Source of the DNA: Takakia lepidozioides
Taxonomy: Eukaryota > Plantae > Bryophyta
Direction: 5' to 3'
Assembly (NCBI GenBank): GCA_030704615.1
Contig: CM060733.1
Span: forward strand, 54,684,001 to 54,748,000
Length of the DNA: 64,000 nucleotides
In this document: positions 61,435 to 64,000 of the stretch, in pieces
Layout of the letters: each line of letters opens with the position of its first letter
Numbering within the stretch: the stretch's first letter is position 1
The notes under the pieces: generated by a model
The model's input: the letters and a program-made list of their open reading frames with translations, nothing else
The model's database searches: none
What the model was told of the DNA's origin: nothing
Position numbers and translations under genes: made by a program

Positions 61435-63558
61435 ATGCCTGAGGTGAAGAAAAGGCTCTCCTTAAAGTTGCAGAGGAGGGTTTTAGTTGTTGAAGATGGC
61501 TCCAATCTGTCTGGATCTGGTGGCTCATTGGGTTGCAACTCAAATGGTGAAAAGACAGATGTTTCTTCATCTGAAAGGAGTAATTTGAGCTCTCATGTTC
61601 GAGCTAAAGGTACCACATTTGCGAGAAGAGAAGAGGAGGTTCTAGAGCTTGATATATGCTCTCAACAGGTATGTTCTTATGAGGGGAACACAACTATTGT
61701 CGCTGAAAAGCAGGACGAAGTGATGAATCTGGTTCCAAGACATGCAGAATCTCTGGGGACAAGAGGAGAAATTGGGTTTCTGGCAAGAGGCATATGTTTT
61801 GAAGAATGTCGACCATCTGTGGGCAACCTAGATCAGCATAGTCATAGGGATTCGAGAGATGACTCCTTTATTCAAGAAGATACGGATTGTGCCAAGGATG
61901 ATGTCTTGCCACTGTGGTCTACGACGGGGCTAGGTTCACAGGCAGCGGTAGGTACAGGAGATAAATTGAAGAGTTCAGAATTGAGCTTCAGGGAGTCATT
62001 CTACAGCGATGGTACCGACTGGAGCTGTCTGTACGTAGTAGATGACTATGGTCTGCCATGCTCCCCTGCCAGCTCTGGAAACAGGTTTCCAGTAAAGGTG
62101 TCTGATAGTGGCCTTTCATTCCGAGGTGACCTACAGCGCGAGAGAGAGGAAGCAGAGAATTCGAGCTTTGCACTCGAACCTAGGGCATCCACATCCACCT
62201 CAATTGGGTTCCAGAAAGTAGTCAAGGGATCGAGTGTCGCAAGATGTGCTACAAAATTGAAGCAGGGTGATCTGTCCGAGTTTTTGGGCCTTAAGCGCAA
62301 GCCCTCAGCGCAGAAGATTTTGAGTGTTAAGAAGCCAGGCCATCAAGACATTTTGGATTATTTTGGATTGCCTCGGCTTGTAAAGCAACCAGCTGTGGCT
62401 ACAGAATTCATTGGCAAGTTTCAGCGCCGGGACTCCTCACCCGCATCTACCAGTTCCAAGAGAGGGCAGAGACAGGGTAGAGGGGGTTGGCCAAGTGAGG
62501 AAAGAGATGGCGATGAACCTCGCGCTGTTAGAAGCTGCCCATTCTACAAGAAGATACCAGGGACGTCCTTCACAGTGGATGCCTTCCGTTATGGAGCAGT
62601 CGAGGGATGCACAGCCTACTTTTTATCCCACTTCCATAGTGATCACTACGGAGGTCTCACTCGAAAGTGGTCTCATGGCCCCATCTTCTGCACTCCTGTC
62701 ACAGCCCACCTTGTTGCAATGTGCTTATATGTGGATAGGCAATGGTTGCATCCGTTACCGCTTGGTGTAATGCAGATGATTGGGGGTGTGGAGGTGCAAT
62801 TTCTAGAGGCCAATCACTGTCCGGGAGCTGCACTCATTCTCTTTCGACTGCCAGGTGGGCAAAGGGTCCTTCACACAGGAGATTTTCGGGCCTGCAAGGG
62901 TATGCAATGCTATCCAGAGCTCATTGGTGCTCGCATTTTCTCTCTCTATCTGGACACCACGTATTGTAATCCCAAGTATAAGTTCCCTTTGCAGGAGGCT
63001 GTGATAGACTTTGTGATCAGAGTCACAAGGGCAACCAGAGCTCGGAACTCCAAAACACTGGTGGTGGTAGGAGCATACAGCATTGGCAAGGAGCGTGTCT
63101 ATCTCGGGATTGCCGAGGCCCTTGGAATGCAGATTTATGCAGATCATAGGCGAGGTCGTGTGCTGAAATCACTGGATTGGCCTGCTCTAAGTGATCGGTT
63201 ATGCATGGATGCATCCAGCAGTGCACTCCATGTATTACCCATATCAAGCTTGAATGCTCAGAAACTGAGGGCTTATTTGCAAAGCTTCCATCCTCAGTAC
63301 ACTGCAGTATTAGGATTTCGTCCTACAGGCTGGACGTATTCAGAGAAAATAGGAGGCCATTTAGAGCAACTCAAACCACAGTGCACTGGACCTGTCACCA
63401 TATATGGTGTTCCCTACAGTGAGCATTCCAGCTTCACAGAACTCCAAGAGTTTGTCCAGTTCATACGCCCCCAAAAGATTATACCCACCGTCAACATTGG
63501 AAGTGCTGCCCAAAGGGAGCAGATGCAATCCTTTTTTCGCCAGTGGCTTGGGAGTTAG
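61435..63558 (+). CDS. SNM1: DNA cross-link repair nuclease SNM1/PSO2 family (metallo-beta-lactamase/beta-CASP); intronless
   Basis: 707-aa ORF with CPFYKKIPGT.FTVDAF, FLSHFHSDHYGGL, EANHCPGA, LHTGDFR, LYLDTTY, YSIGKE, VPYSEHSSF, IIPTVN. Confidence 0.95.
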   Translation: MPEVKKRLSLKLQRRVLVVEDGSNLSGSGGSLGCNSNGEKTDVSSSERSNLSSHVRAKGTTFARREEEVLELDICSQQVCSYEGNTTIVAEKQDEVMNLVPRHAESLGTRGEIGFLARGICFEECRPSVGNLDQHSHRDSRDDSFIQEDTDCAKDDVLPLWSTTGLGSQAAVGTGDKLKSSELSFRESFYSDGTDWSCLYVVDDYGLPCSPASSGNRFPVKVSDSGLSFRGDLQREREEAENSSFALEPRASTSTSIGFQKVVKGSSVARCATKLKQGDLSEFLGLKRKPSAQKILSVKKPGHQDILDYFGLPRLVKQPAVATEFIGKFQRRDSSPASTSSKRGQRQGRGGWPSEERDGDEPRAVRSCPFYKKIPGTSFTVDAFRYGAVEGCTAYFLSHFHSDHYGGLTRKWSHGPIFCTPVTAHLVAMCLYVDRQWLHPLPLGVMQMIGGVEVQFLEANHCPGAALILFRLPGGQRVLHTGDFRACKGMQCYPELIGARIFSLYLDTTYCNPKYKFPLQEAVIDFVIRVTRATRARNSKTLVVVGAYSIGKERVYLGIAEALGMQIYADHRRGRVLKSLDWPALSDRLCMDASSSALHVLPISSLNAQKLRAYLQSFHPQYTAVLGFRPTGWTYSEKIGGHLEQLKPQCTGPVTIYGVPYSEHSSFTELQEFVQFIRPQKIIPTVNIGSAAQREQMQSFFRQWLGS

Positions 63559-64000
63559 CTAATGTGCAGCGTGTGAGAAACATGGATGGGAAATCTTACA
63601 GGGGCCACAACAGTGCATAGGAGTCACAATTGTGGTCCTCTTTATGCTTGGAAATATGATTTATCTCCATGACAGGGAAAGAGGTGTATTTTTCTTGGCT
63701 ATTGGCACCATTAAATGAATCCTCCGAGTGCAGTTTTAAGGCCCAAATCTCTTGACCATTCAATACTTGTCCAACACCCTTGTTCACTCTATCTGCCTTG
63801 AAATGAGTGTCTGGATGGAAATTTCTTTTCTGTTTTTTGATGGTCAGCAAGGCAGCAAATGCAACTGCCGTAGTAGTTAGTGTTCTTTGATCTTTTGTTC
63901 AGATAGATGGCTGCTTTCTGTCCTTACTCTTGCTTGTAACATTTGACAAACCATAGCATTTACTTAAATTTGACAACCAAATCTCATGTTTCCACTTGTA

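Overview
Eukaryotic, intron-rich nuclear DNA from a land plant, most likely a non-seed plant such as a bryophyte (inference from gene and transposon content). Five host genes are present: a C2/VASt/GRAM protein (-, 13 coding exons), a DIN11/At3g50210-like 2-oxoglutarate dioxygenase (-, 12 exons), an intronless HINT-type HIT hydrolase, a PDIA6/PDIL2-type disulfide isomerase ending in KDEL (+, 9 exons) and an intronless SNM1/PSO2 beta-CASP nuclease. The introns carry many 5'-truncated copies of a CCHC-bearing LINE that stacks on (GA)n tails. The 15.9-24 kb interval is a nest of hAT-type elements, SINEs and Helitron-like units. The most unusual object is a ~10.4 kb DNA transposon (about 40913-51280). 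It encodes a MULE-like transposase (Cys/His-rich GCM/WRKY-like N-terminus, DDE core, SWIM finger) and, divergently, a spliced gene whose C-terminal part looks like a bacterial-type beta-class N4-cytosine/N6-adenine DNA methyltransferase. That gene is interrupted by 23 tandem 116-bp units, each built around a 38-bp palindrome. This copy is slightly decayed (a few stops and one frameshift). All exon boundaries were read by eye from GT-AG sites and protein motifs; no database searches were run.
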